Shown here: piece by piece, positions 15,041-24,609 of the stretch | Layout of the letters: the number at the start of each line of letters is the position of its first letter | Numbering within the stretch: the first letter of the stretch is position 1 | From: Candidatus Krumholzibacteriota bacterium | Lineage (GTDB): Bacteria > Krumholzibacteriota > Krumholzibacteriia > LZORAL124-64-63 | Length of the DNA stretch: 25,289 bases | Assembly (NCBI GenBank): GCA_039714075.1 | Contig: JBDLKA010000048.1 | Coordinates: 1-25,289, forward strand | Direction: 5' to 3' | Notes under the pieces: model-generated | The model's input: only the letters and a program-made list of their open reading frames with translations | What the model was told of the DNA's origin: nothing | The model's database searches: none | Translations under genes and position numbers: made by a program

Positions 15041-16336
15041 TTATTTGCGGTCCGCCCGGTTCCCCAGGGCCACGGTAAAATTCAGCAGCCGGCCTTCCCT
15101 TTCCACGCGAACCTCGACCAGATCATCCGGTGCATGGGACCTGAGAGCCTGGGTGAAGGATTTCAGGTCCACCACGTCGGCGCCGCCCAGGCTGATCAGG
15201 ATGTCACCCTTCTGCAGGCCCGCCATGGCGGCGGGGCTGCCGTCAAAAACACCGGCCAGCTTGTAGCCCTTGACCTCGGTGGTGAAATCAGGCAGGGACC
15301 CGAACCAGGTGTCCCGGTTCTGCCCCTCTTCTGCGTCGGGGCGAAGATTCTTTTCCGCGACCATGACCCAGGGGAAACTTTCGGGTTCCCCCCTGAAGGA
15401 ACCGAGCAAACGGTCGGTAAAGGCGGCAACTTTCGCCATGGCCGGGTAGTCGAGAGTCGGCCAGTCGTCGGCCGGCCGGTTGTATTCCGGATAGGCGCCG
15501 CCGAAAACGAAGATGACCGGAATCTCCCTGGTATTGAACGACATGTGGTCACTGCCGGACCAGCCGCCGGGAGCGAGGGACAGTTCCAGGTTTCCGGTAT
15601 TGGCGGCATTGACCAGGGCCGGAAACGAGGGTGTGGTCCCCACCCCGCTGACATAGAGGCGATCGGAGTTCAACTGTCCGACGGTGTCCAGATTGATCAT
15701 GGCATCAACGCTGTCAAGAGGCACAGGCATATGGGCCACCATATGGCCCGACCCCTGAAGTCCCACTTCCTCGGCCGCGAAACTGGTGAAGATCACGCTG
15801 CGCCGATCGCCCGCAGCCTGTTCCGGCACCGAAGCCAAACGGATCAATTCGAAAACGACCGACACGCCCGAGGCGTTGTCGTTGGCACCCGGATAGTAAT
15901 CTCCTGTGGCCGGTGGATCCGCAGGACCGGCGGCCGGCGTCACCCGCCCGAGATGGTCATAGTGGGCACCCACGACGACATAGCGTCCGGCCAGCCGACC
16001 CTGACCCGGCAGAATCCCCGCCACGTTGCGGCCTGTTTTACCCGCGAGTTCCTCACCCGCCCAGCCCTGCCCCGAAAGGGGGAACTCCTGGAACCAGGAG
16101 CCGTCGAAGGCGGGTTCCAGACCGAGCTCCTCCATCCAGGCGGCCAGGGTATCCGCCGCGGCATCCACTTCCGGTGTCCCGCTGCCCCGGCCCGCCAAGT
16201 CCGGGTCCGTCAGAACCGTACAGCGGTATTGGAGGATTTCCGGGGAAGGCCCCGGCGCCCCCGCTCCCGGTGCGGCCAGCGGCCGGACCGGCAGAAACAG
16301 GACGGCCAGGAGTATTGCGGCTTGCAGATGTTTCAC
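15041..16336 (-). CDS. Secreted M28-family metallopeptidase with C-terminal PDZ domain
   Basis: Signal peptide, GAHYDHLG, GANDNASG, AEEVGL.GS, NLDTVG, SDH.SF, and PDZ GSPA..AGLQKGDIL. GTG start overlaps the upstream stop. Confidence 0.9.
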   Translation of the reverse strand: MKHLQAAILLAVLFLPVRPLAAPGAGAPGPSPEILQYRCTVLTDPDLAGRGSGTPEVDAAADTLAAWMEELGLEPAFDGSWFQEFPLSGQGWAGEELAGKTGRNVAGILPGQGRLAGRYVVVGAHYDHLGRVTPAAGPADPPATGDYYPGANDNASGVSVVFELIRLASVPEQAAGDRRSVIFTSFAAEEVGLQGSGHMVAHMPVPLDSVDAMINLDTVGQLNSDRLYVSGVGTTPSFPALVNAANTGNLELSLAPGGWSGSDHMSFNTREIPVIFVFGGAYPEYNRPADDWPTLDYPAMAKVAAFTDRLLGSFRGEPESFPWVMVAEKNLRPDAEEGQNRDTWFGSLPDFTTEVKGYKLAGVFDGSPAAMAGLQKGDILISLGGADVVDLKSFTQALRSHAPDDLVEVRVEREGRLLNFTVALGNRADRK

Positions 16337-17037
16337 GACGATTCTCCTTGAAGGATGGCCCGGAAGGTTTCCCTGGCGTCACAGAAGGTCTGGAACCTGT
16401 CACTGAAAGTGGTCACATGGTCTTCCATTGCCCGACGGTCATAGGCGGCGGTGGCCATGATGACCGCCAGGATGTTTCGGGTCGCGGCGGTGGTGCAGGT
16501 GCGCGCGGAATCGGAGGTGGGTGAGCCGAAGGGACCGATGTCGTCGAACAGACCCAGGCGGCCGTCCAGATGGACATCCCCCTTGCGGATGCCGGCGTAC
16601 TGCTCCCGTTCGGTGCCGGTCCGCAGAACGATGTCCCCGGAGACCCGTTCGAGATCGTACATTCCGACCGGCAGCAGGAATTCGAGGGAAGCCAGGTTGC
16701 AGCTGTCGACCACATTGCTGATCCGGTAGAGGTCCTTTCCCTTGAGAACCCGGCGCAGGAGCGCTTCGCTGCTGGGCCGATGGCGGGAAGGGTCCATACC
16801 GAAGGACTTGTAGAGGGTGCGTGCTTCACCGAGTCCCGGGATTTCCGAGGGCAGCAGACCCTGGTACTTGTCGGCCAGGGTGACGCCGAGTTCGGAAGTG
16901 GCCACGCCTACAGCCGGGTTGTCGGCCACCTTCACTCCTTCCAGAACCAGGAGGCCGCAGGACAGGCGGTCCGCCACTTCCGGGGCGATGGCCACCCGAC
17001 GGCCGTCCGGCAACAGACAGGAAACGCCGGCGTTCAA
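16333..17037 (-). CDS. Stand-alone B3/B4 (PheRS beta editing-like) domain protein
   Basis: G.DPSRHRPSSEALLRRV.KG..L..I..VVD..N..SL....P.G.YDL, and D..GPFGSPTSDS.RT. TTG start at 17037 overlaps the rfbB stop, with GGAGG SD. Confidence 0.85.
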   Translation of the reverse strand: MNAGVSCLLPDGRRVAIAPEVADRLSCGLLVLEGVKVADNPAVGVATSELGVTLADKYQGLLPSEIPGLGEARTLYKSFGMDPSRHRPSSEALLRRVLKGKDLYRISNVVDSCNLASLEFLLPVGMYDLERVSGDIVLRTGTEREQYAGIRKGDVHLDGRLGLFDDIGPFGSPTSDSARTCTTAATRNILAVIMATAAYDRRAMEDHVTTFSDRFQTFCDARETFRAILQGESS

Positions 17038-18068
17038 GACTTCCCTCCGGACGAATACCGCCCGCCGTCGCCGTACATCTTTTCGTAGTAGGAGGTGTAG
17101 TCGCCGCTCCTGATCTGCTCCCACCAGGTGCGGTTATCCAGATACCAGTCGACCGTCCGGGACAGACCCGTCTGGAAATCGACGCCGGGTTTCCAGCCCA
17201 ACTCGGTCATGATCTTCGCCGCATCTATGGCATACCGCCGGTCATGCCCCGGGCGGTCCTCGACGAAAGTGATCAGGTCGCGGCTTTTGCCCAACTTGTC
17301 GACCAGCATCCGCACCAGGTCGAGGTTCCGCATTTCATTGCACCCCCCGATGTTGTAGATGTCCCCGGGAGTGCCCCGACGCAGGACGGCATCCACCGCG
17401 CGGCAATGGTCCTCCACGTACAGCCAGTCCCTGACGTTGAGCCCGTCGCCGTAGACGGGCAGGGGCTTGTCCTCGAGGGCGTTGGCGATCATCAGGGGGA
17501 TCAGCTTCTCGGGAAACTGGTAGGGCCCGTAGTTGTTGCTGCAGCGGGTGATCATCACCGGAAAGCCGAAGGTCTTGAAAAAGGATCGGCACAGCAGATC
17601 GGCGCCGGCCTTGCTCGCCGCATAGGGGGAATTCGGCGCCATGGGGGTGTCTTCGACGAACTGCCCCTCGTCCCCCAGGGATCCGTAGACCTCATCCGTG
17701 GAAACCATGACGAAGCGGTCCACGCCGGCGGCGCGGGATTCCTCCAGGAGAATCTCGGTGCCCAGCACATTGGTCAGAATGAAGATCTCCGGCCCCTCGA
17801 CCGAGCGATCGACATGGCTTTCGGCGGCGAAATGGACCACCGCTTCGATCTTTTCTTCAGCCAGGATTCCCCGCACCAGATCACGGTCCCTAATATCCCC
17901 GCGGACAAAGCGGTAGCGCGGGTCCTTTTCGTATCCGGCCAGGTTGGCCAGGTTGCCCGCATAGGTCAACAGGTCCAGGTTGATCACCCGGTCGCCGGAT
18001 TCCTCCAGCAACAGGCGGATATAATTCGATCCGATGAACCCCGCGCCGCCGGTCACCAGAATATTCAT
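17034..18068 (-). CDS. rfbB: dTDP-glucose 4,6-dehydratase
   Basis: MNILVTGGAGFIGSN, LTYAGN, HFAAESHVDRS, STDEVYG, YAASK, SNNYGPYQFPEKLIP and DRPGHDRRYA. ATG 18068 overlaps the upstream TGA. Confidence 0.96.
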   Translation of the reverse strand: MNILVTGGAGFIGSNYIRLLLEESGDRVINLDLLTYAGNLANLAGYEKDPRYRFVRGDIRDRDLVRGILAEEKIEAVVHFAAESHVDRSVEGPEIFILTNVLGTEILLEESRAAGVDRFVMVSTDEVYGSLGDEGQFVEDTPMAPNSPYAASKAGADLLCRSFFKTFGFPVMITRCSNNYGPYQFPEKLIPLMIANALEDKPLPVYGDGLNVRDWLYVEDHCRAVDAVLRRGTPGDIYNIGGCNEMRNLDLVRMLVDKLGKSRDLITFVEDRPGHDRRYAIDAAKIMTELGWKPGVDFQTGLSRTVDWYLDNRTWWEQIRSGDYTSYYEKMYGDGGRYSSGGKS

Positions 18069-18895
18069 CGCGTTTCTTCCTTTCGGGCCGCGGCCAGCGC
18101 CTTGACGAAATCCGCGGTCCTGTTTTCGCAGATGCGCGCCCGGCCCGTGGCCGGATCGCTGTCCTGCAACGACGAGCCCACGATGAACCCGTCTGCCCGG
18201 GGCAGGAAATCCCCCACCGTGGCGGAGGTCACCCCGCTGCCCACCAACAGGGGACAATCGGGAAGGGCTTCCCGCACCACCGCCACTTCTTCCGGATCCG
18301 CTCCGGCGCCGGTGGCCGCCCCGGTAACGATCACCGCATCGGCCAGCCCGCGCAACCGGAGATCCTTGACCTCGTCCTCCAGGGGCCTGTCCACCAGGGG
18401 ACGGGCATGCTTGACCCTGACGTCGGCCCAGATGGCGGTTTCGCTGCCCAACTCGCGGCGACGGCGCAGGGTGTGCCAGGCCCGGCCCTCGATGGTGCCC
18501 TGGTCGGTCAGGGCGGCTCCGGTGTGCACGTTGACCCGGACAAACGCGGCCCCCGTGGCCGCGGCGATGGCCAGGGCCGAATCCACGTCGTTCCGCAGGA
18601 CATTGACCCCGAACAGAAGATCGGGGCAGGCCGTTTTGACCGCCTGGACCAGGACCGTCATCGCCGCCACCGTTTCCGCGGGAACCCGACCCGGGTGGAA
18701 CGGCACGTCATGGTAGTTTTCAATCATCACGGCTGTCACCCCGCCGGTGACCAGCGCCCGGGCGTCGCCGAGGGCGCCGGCGAGGACCTGATCCATGTCC
18801 CCGGCCCACCGGGGGCTGCCGGGCAACGGCTCAAGGTGGATCATGCCCACGACCGCGGGCGTAATCAGTTCCTGGAAGTCGCTTCTGGTCCACAT
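18065..18895 (-). CDS. BtpA/SgcQ family TIM-barrel protein
   Basis: GMIHL.PLPGSP, MIENY.D.PF, GVNVLRND, ADV.VKHA, ADAVIVTG..TG, LVGSGV and ADG.IVGS. Start 18895 or 18934. Confidence 0.9.
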   Translation of the reverse strand: MWTRSDFQELITPAVVGMIHLEPLPGSPRWAGDMDQVLAGALGDARALVTGGVTAVMIENYHDVPFHPGRVPAETVAAMTVLVQAVKTACPDLLFGVNVLRNDVDSALAIAAATGAAFVRVNVHTGAALTDQGTIEGRAWHTLRRRRELGSETAIWADVRVKHARPLVDRPLEDEVKDLRLRGLADAVIVTGAATGAGADPEEVAVVREALPDCPLLVGSGVTSATVGDFLPRADGFIVGSSLQDSDPATGRARICENRTADFVKALAAARKEETR

Positions 18896-19004
18896 GGTTC
18901 CAAATTCACCTTTCGGGATCCCGGCGTCGTTCATTTGCTTGGCGGATTCGATATGATAGAATAAATTATCCCACCTGGAGTTTCACAAGGGATTAAGGAG
19001 CAAC

Positions 19005-19601
19005 ATGCAGATCATCAACGGCAAGACGGGTTGGATCGAGGTCATCTGCGGCCCCATGTTCAGCGGCAAGAGCGAGGAATTGATCAAGCGGATCCGCAGG
19101 GCCCAGATCGCGCGCCGCCGGGTGCAGATCTTCAAACACGGTATCGACGCCCGTTACGACGCCACCAGCATCGTGTCCCACAGCCAGCAAAGCCTGCCCG
19201 GCATTGCGGTCACCGACGTGAAGGACATTCTCGAACTCGTGGACGACCGGACCGAACTGGTGGCCATCGACGAGGGACAGTTTTTCAGCCATGACATTGT
19301 CGATGTGGTCAACAAGCTCGGCAACCAGGGCAAGAGGGTGATCGTCGCCGGCCTGGATCTGGACTACAAGGGCATTCCCTTCGGCCCGATGCCCGAATTG
19401 ATGTGCTCGGCCGAATACGTGACCAAACAGCTGGCCATCTGCATGACCTGCGGGGACCCCGCCAACTTCACCCAGCGGTTGACTCCCGCCACGGACCAGA
19501 TCGTGGTCGGAGCCAGCGAGATCTACGAAGCCCGCTGCCGCCGCCATTTCGAGCCCCCCGAAGAGAAAAACCCCGGACACAAGGATCAGGCCCGGGGTTG
19601 A
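19005..19601 (+). CDS. tdk: Thymidine kinase
   Basis: AAGGAG SD, GWIEVICGPMFSGKSEEL, IDEGQFF, AGLD.D..G.PF, zinc-site C..CG and YEARCR.H. Confidence 0.96.
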   Translation: MQIINGKTGWIEVICGPMFSGKSEELIKRIRRAQIARRRVQIFKHGIDARYDATSIVSHSQQSLPGIAVTDVKDILELVDDRTELVAIDEGQFFSHDIVDVVNKLGNQGKRVIVAGLDLDYKGIPFGPMPELMCSAEYVTKQLAICMTCGDPANFTQRLTPATDQIVVGASEIYEARCRRHFEPPEEKNPGHKDQARG

Positions 19602-19622
19602 GATTCAGGATGGTCGGATCCG

Positions 19623-21311
19623 TCAGCTGAAGAAATGGGGATCGATCTTCAGCTCGGCGGCACGTGTCCTCAATTCGGCCAGCACCTCCGGGGTTACCTG
19701 AAGGAATTCCGCGGCCTGACTGGGACTCTCCTTTGGCTCGACGAATTCCTCGACCGGGGGCTGCTCCTCACCTTCGATTTCCTCCACCTGGCCACTGCTG
19801 GTCAGGGCGACTTCCTCGCCGAGGGCGATCATGGCGGCGATGCGGTTGTTGGTGGCCTCGGCCTGCTGGAAACCATGATGCCAGCGGACCGCCTCCTCGA
19901 GTTCCGGGCTCAGATTCCATTCCTTGATCAGCAAGGCCCCCAGTTCCCCGTGATCGAATCCCAGTCGCTGCCGTTCCACCACGTGGTACGGCATCCCCTG
20001 CGCCGAGGATTCATTGACGATCTCCTGGAAAAGCTCGGGATGGCTGCGTGCCAGGACCAGCTGGCCGATGTTCTGCATCAGACCACCGATGAATACGCTG
20101 TCGGGATTGCTGCCGCCGAGGGCCTGGGCCACCAGTTGTCCGGCCATCGCGGACATCACGGACTGCCGCCAGATCTTCTGGTACAGCATGCCCGCGCCCG
20201 GGGACAGGAAAACCGACCGGGCGGCGGTCACCAGGGTCCAGTTCCTGATGGCTACGAAACCCAGGCGGACAATGGCCTCGCTCACGGTGTCGATTTCCCG
20301 GACCGCCCCGTAGAACGGGCTGTTGGCGATGCGCAGGACCTTGGCCGTCAGGGCCTGGTCCATGGCCAACGCCTGCTCGAGTTTGGGCGCGGTGGTTCCC
20401 GGATCCTCGATGACCGCCATGATGTGGCAGGCCGCCTTGGGCAGGGCCGGCAATTCCCCGCTGTGGTTCAGGATGGATGCCGGAGTCAGGTCCCCGGTCC
20501 GGCCCTCCCGTTCCGCGGTGGTTGCCGATTCGTCGGAGGCAGCCGCCACGGTTCCGGCGGCGGATTGGTCCCCCGCCTGCGGATCGGCCTCGGCCGGATC
20601 CGCGGCACCGTCACCGGGCAGGCCGGGGTCTGACCGGGCTTTTTTCTCCAGGTCGGTCCGGCGCCGGTGGAGTTCGGTTTTGAGGATTTGTTCCGCCGCC
20701 CCCTTGCGGTATCCGATCCCCTTGTTGAGCAGGCTCATGCGCGCCAGGGCGTATCGAGCCAGGATCTCCGCCGCGGCCAGGACATTTTCCGTGTCCTGGT
20801 CCGCATCCAGGTAGAGGAAGGTGTTCCAATGGCTCTGGGAAGGCAGGGGCAAAATGATGATCCGCCGATCCCTGCTGCCGCGGCCGAGCATGAGGGTCAG
20901 GTCCAGGGGAAAATGTTTTTCGGGTACCGGCCCGGCATAGACCGTGGGATCCTTGGAGAGGGCGTGAAAGACATCCTCATCCGTGCTGGGAATGGGCGCC
21001 CGCCCGTCGGGGCGTTTCTTCTTGGCTTCGGCGGGCAGTTGGATGTTCTTCTCCAGAAAGACCTGAAGGCCGCTGGTCCAACGCTTAAAGAGCACCAGGC
21101 GAAGTCCCGTGCGTCCGGCCAGACGATGAAAGAATTCGGGGAATTCCTTGATCTGGGTCAGACCTGAAATTTCCGTGAACCCCATCCGCAGAAGGTCCAG
21201 CCCGTCCCGGGTCTGTTCCGCCACGGAGCCATCATGCTTCGGCGTCAGGGCATCCAGCATCTCATCCACGCCCTGGAGTTCATCCGTTTGTGTTGCCAAG
21301 GGTTTCCTCAT
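19623..21311 (-). CDS. HDOD domain signalling protein with uncharacterised N-terminal domain and acidic linker
   Basis: LPALP, DQALTAKVLRIANSPFYG, I.TVSEAIVRLG, G.DHGELGA.L...WNL and AVRWHH. Start 21311 or TTG 21299. Confidence 0.85.
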   Translation of the reverse strand: MRKPLATQTDELQGVDEMLDALTPKHDGSVAEQTRDGLDLLRMGFTEISGLTQIKEFPEFFHRLAGRTGLRLVLFKRWTSGLQVFLEKNIQLPAEAKKKRPDGRAPIPSTDEDVFHALSKDPTVYAGPVPEKHFPLDLTLMLGRGSRDRRIIILPLPSQSHWNTFLYLDADQDTENVLAAAEILARYALARMSLLNKGIGYRKGAAEQILKTELHRRRTDLEKKARSDPGLPGDGAADPAEADPQAGDQSAAGTVAAASDESATTAEREGRTGDLTPASILNHSGELPALPKAACHIMAVIEDPGTTAPKLEQALAMDQALTAKVLRIANSPFYGAVREIDTVSEAIVRLGFVAIRNWTLVTAARSVFLSPGAGMLYQKIWRQSVMSAMAGQLVAQALGGSNPDSVFIGGLMQNIGQLVLARSHPELFQEIVNESSAQGMPYHVVERQRLGFDHGELGALLIKEWNLSPELEEAVRWHHGFQQAEATNNRIAAMIALGEEVALTSSGQVEEIEGEEQPPVEEFVEPKESPSQAAEFLQVTPEVLAELRTRAAELKIDPHFFS

Positions 21312-21491
21312 TCATTTGGCAGCCGCGAAGAATCGAAATTCCCGGCTCCGGTTCCGGACATTGATCGGCTGTCCTGATAATCGGCAGGCAAAGCGGGGTC
21401 ATTTATCATTTTTTGGATTTCGGGCGGATTCAAGAATGGCGGAAAGGCAGGGGATTGGTTGCGTTTGGGCCACTCAGAGGGTAATTTGGCC

Positions 21492-21526
21492 CCTCCGGAC
21501 CGCCACCGACCTTCGGACCGCCACCG
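21492..21526 (+). repeat. Tandem direct repeat CCTYCGGACCGCCACCG x2 (18-nt period)
   Basis: 21492-21508 and 21510-21526 match at 16 of 17 positions, immediately upstream of the queD SD. Confidence 0.7.
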
Positions 21527-21539
21527 TTAGCGGGGAAAC

Positions 21540-21905
21540 ATGAACTGCAGGATCACCAAATCTTTCACCCTGGACGCGGCGCATTGGCTCCCGGAAGTCC
21601 CCGAAGGGCACAAATGCGGTCGCCTGCACGGGCATACCTATACCATAATCCTGGGTTTGGAGGGCGCCCTGGAGGCCAGGATGGGCTGGGTGCAGGACTA
21701 TGGTGACGTATCCCGGGCCTTCGCCCCGCTCCTGGACATGTTCGACCACCATTGCCTCAACGAAATCGAGGGTCTGGAAAATCCGACCGCCGAAGTCATG
21801 GCGGCCTGGATCTTCGGCCGTCTGAAGAGCGATCTGCCCCTGCTGACGGATGTGACGGTCTGCGAAACCCCCACCACCACGGCTGTCTTCAGACCGGGGA
21901 CGTGA
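21540..21905 (+). CDS. queD: 6-carboxy-5,6,7,8-tetrahydropterin synthase
   Basis: F..DAAH.LP.VPEGHKCGRLHGHTY, DH..LNEIEGLENPTAE and V.ET. Confidence 0.95.
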   Translation: MNCRITKSFTLDAAHWLPEVPEGHKCGRLHGHTYTIILGLEGALEARMGWVQDYGDVSRAFAPLLDMFDHHCLNEIEGLENPTAEVMAAWIFGRLKSDLPLLTDVTVCETPTTTAVFRPGT

Positions 21906-21924
21906 CCGGGCCTGGTGACCGGAC

Positions 21925-24609
21925 CTAGGAAGAACTCCGCTCCAGCCGGACGGGAGTCACACTGCCGGCAGGCAACCACCCGCGCCATTCACCACCCAGT
22001 CCTATCCTGACCCAGCCCTCCCTTTCGCCTTCGATGTTGACCGTCAAGCCGTCGTGGACCTCGAACAGGACCGGGAAATTGTCGGCCGGCCCGGACTTGA
22101 CCTCCGCCACCCCGACGATCACCACCGCTTCATTCCTGATTTCCTGGTTGTGCCAGCGGCCGGCGGTCACCGTCGCGACGACAAGGAGACCGGCCGCGGA
22201 GGTCAGCAGCAGCCGCCGCAGTTGAACACCGAAATCCTCGCGGTACCAACCCCAACCGACCAGGGCCGCGGTCAACCAGACCATCACCAGCAGCACCACG
22301 CCCCATTGGTCAAGAGTCAGGGCGGAAACGATCCAGGCCACCTGGGCGATGAACAGGGGCCATTCCTCGTCCGTGAGCTCCAGATCCTTGATATGATGCC
22401 GGACCCAGGCCAGGTTGGCGTGGATGTCCCGGTCCCGCGGAGCGAGACGCTGGGCGCGCAGATAGGAAGCCACCGCCTGGCCGAGTTCACCCCTGCGGGC
22501 GTAGGCATTGCCCAGATTGAAGTGGAGCACGGCGTCATTGGCTCCCAGGTCGCGGGCTTCGAGGTAGAGTGCCAGGGCCTGATCGGTTTCCCCCGACGTG
22601 TAGGCCTGGTTCCCCTCCGCCAACAACCGCACGGGGTCCGCTCCCGGCCGTCCCGCCCCAGCCTGGTCGGCTGCTTCCGTCAATGGCGCCGCAAGGGTGA
22701 GCAGAGCCAGGCCCGCCAGAAGGCCGACCACAGGGCCCGGTGTTTTTCCCGCGGAACTACCCGGGGCTTTCCGGGCGTCGTCCAGTCCCTTCAGCAATTC
22801 TTCCACTTCCGCGACCAGGGGAGCGCCCCGGGCCCCGGCCCGGCCTCCCCCATAGCGGGCCGAGTCGCACGCGTCGAGGATTTCAACCAGTCGGTCCGCC
22901 GTGGCCGGAAGACCCACCCCGGCGCAATATTCCTTGATCTCCGAAACCCCGACAGCGGCCAGGGGCCGATCCGTGCAGTCGGCCACGAAACCGTGGACGG
23001 TCCGCGCGATACCGGCCAGGGACTCGGGCGAGTCCCCTGCGGATGGTGCCTTGGCCAGTTCGGCGCGGGCCGTCACCAGGGACAGCCGCAGACGCCGGCC
23101 GGCTGGATTCCGCCGGTCCGCGGACAGGCGGTTGAGGTAGATCCGCAACAGCCCGATCATCAGGACCGGAAGCAGAAGAACGACCCACCAGCCGAAACTG
23201 CCCAGCCAGGGTCCGGACCGCCGGCCAAGCCGGCCGGGGACCTTGTGGATGAAGGCCAGGTCCTCGCTCAGCCTGCTGATCTCGCTGCGCAGGAATCCGG
23301 AACTGTCGTCTCCGGTCTGGGGAAGGTTACTGGGAGTTACCTGGACCTCGCCGATGTCCGCACGGGCGGTCAGGTATTTGCCCCGCCGGGAATCGAACCA
23401 GGACAGTTCCACCGGTGGAATGACCAGCAGGCCTTCGGCTCCCGGGATGAGGACCTTTTCCAGGGAGATCATGCCCGACATCCGGTCATGGGTGGGCCGC
23501 GACTGGAAACTTTCCGCGGCATCGTGCATGCGGGTCTCCGGAGGAGCGGTAATTTTCAAACCGGAAAAACCCTTGAGAAACCCGTCGGCAACCAGCGTGA
23601 CCTTCAAGCCCAGGGCCTCGCCCCGGGGAACGGAATCCTGATCCACGTTGGCCTGGAGGCTGAGACGGGAAGCAACGATTCCGGAAAAACCTTCCGGACG
23701 CGGGGCCGGAAGTTCCCGGACCTTGATGACCAGGGACCGTGTCCTGAGAATATTGGGACCTCGTCGTGATCTCCGGGAATTGAAAAACCGGTCGAATACC
23801 CCTTCGGGGAAGGACAGTTCGGCCGGTTCGATGGTCAGATCCCCGCTGCGGGTGGGAAAAAGGGAATACCGGATTTCCGTGACGCTGTAGGCCCGCCCCC
23901 GGACAGCCTTGCGGTAGTTCTTTTCCTCGCCCAGGTCTTCACGCCAGAAACCCTCGGTACGGGGTGCCTTGTAGGAGGGATTGTTCCAGGGTTGGACCCG
24001 GCGCCAGTAGCGGAAGGTGAGAATGATCTGCTGCCCGACCCAGGCTTCCTCGAAATCCGCGTCCAGGGTGAGAAAAATATCGTCGCCGGGTTGGCCGGAC
24101 CGGGCATCGGTGGCATCCACCCCGGATCCCATCGGGGACGGAACCCGGTTTCCCGTATTCGCCGGCGGAATGGTCTTCGGCGGCAAGGGGGCGGTAACCT
24201 TGACCTGGATCGGTTCGGTCCGGCAATCGGTGCCCCCGGCGGAAACAACCACGGGGCCTATCGTAAAGTCGCTCTCCTGCTCCACCTTCAGATACCACGT
24301 CCGGGAAACCGAGGTCCGGGCCTTCCCGTTGACCACGCTCATGCTTTGATTGGTGCCGCCGCTCTGGATCCGGACTCCCTTGATTTCGGGCAACCGGAAA
24401 TCCGCCGACCACCCCATGTCGCCGGTGGCCGATACGGTGAGGACGACATTTTCACCCCGGGGCACGGTGGTCCGGTTGACTTCCGCCGCGCAGGAAAAAT
24501 CCCCTTGGGCCTGCGCCCCTGCTGGAGACAGCAGCACCAACAGGATCAGGATCCAGGGCGCCGTATCAAGTGCGGGTCGGGGAAAATTCCGCATCGTTGG
24601 GATCACCAT
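21925..24609 (-). CDS. BatD-family protein fused to a BatE-like TPR + SH3 module
   Basis: Signal peptide and three Ig-like BatD-type repeats (G.FTIGP, VGQQI.LT, LFPTRSGDLTIEPA, G.L.IPPVELSWFD). TM helix, then TPR (EGNQAY..G, LHFNLGNAY.R.GELG.A.A.Y.RA..L.PRD.DI.ANL), two TM helices and an SH3-like end (GP.....LFEVHDG...GWVRI...WRGWLP). Confidence 0.85.
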   Translation of the reverse strand: MVIPTMRNFPRPALDTAPWILILLVLLSPAGAQAQGDFSCAAEVNRTTVPRGENVVLTVSATGDMGWSADFRLPEIKGVRIQSGGTNQSMSVVNGKARTSVSRTWYLKVEQESDFTIGPVVVSAGGTDCRTEPIQVKVTAPLPPKTIPPANTGNRVPSPMGSGVDATDARSGQPGDDIFLTLDADFEEAWVGQQIILTFRYWRRVQPWNNPSYKAPRTEGFWREDLGEEKNYRKAVRGRAYSVTEIRYSLFPTRSGDLTIEPAELSFPEGVFDRFFNSRRSRRGPNILRTRSLVIKVRELPAPRPEGFSGIVASRLSLQANVDQDSVPRGEALGLKVTLVADGFLKGFSGLKITAPPETRMHDAAESFQSRPTHDRMSGMISLEKVLIPGAEGLLVIPPVELSWFDSRRGKYLTARADIGEVQVTPSNLPQTGDDSSGFLRSEISRLSEDLAFIHKVPGRLGRRSGPWLGSFGWWVVLLLPVLMIGLLRIYLNRLSADRRNPAGRRLRLSLVTARAELAKAPSAGDSPESLAGIARTVHGFVADCTDRPLAAVGVSEIKEYCAGVGLPATADRLVEILDACDSARYGGGRAGARGAPLVAEVEELLKGLDDARKAPGSSAGKTPGPVVGLLAGLALLTLAAPLTEAADQAGAGRPGADPVRLLAEGNQAYTSGETDQALALYLEARDLGANDAVLHFNLGNAYARRGELGQAVASYLRAQRLAPRDRDIHANLAWVRHHIKDLELTDEEWPLFIAQVAWIVSALTLDQWGVVLLVMVWLTAALVGWGWYREDFGVQLRRLLLTSAAGLLVVATVTAGRWHNQEIRNEAVVIVGVAEVKSGPADNFPVLFEVHDGLTVNIEGEREGWVRIGLGGEWRGWLPAGSVTPVRLERSSS

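Noticed and set aside
21312..21539. preQ1 riboswitch upstream of queD
   Set aside because: No class I pattern (short stem with a downstream A-rich tail) is recognisable.
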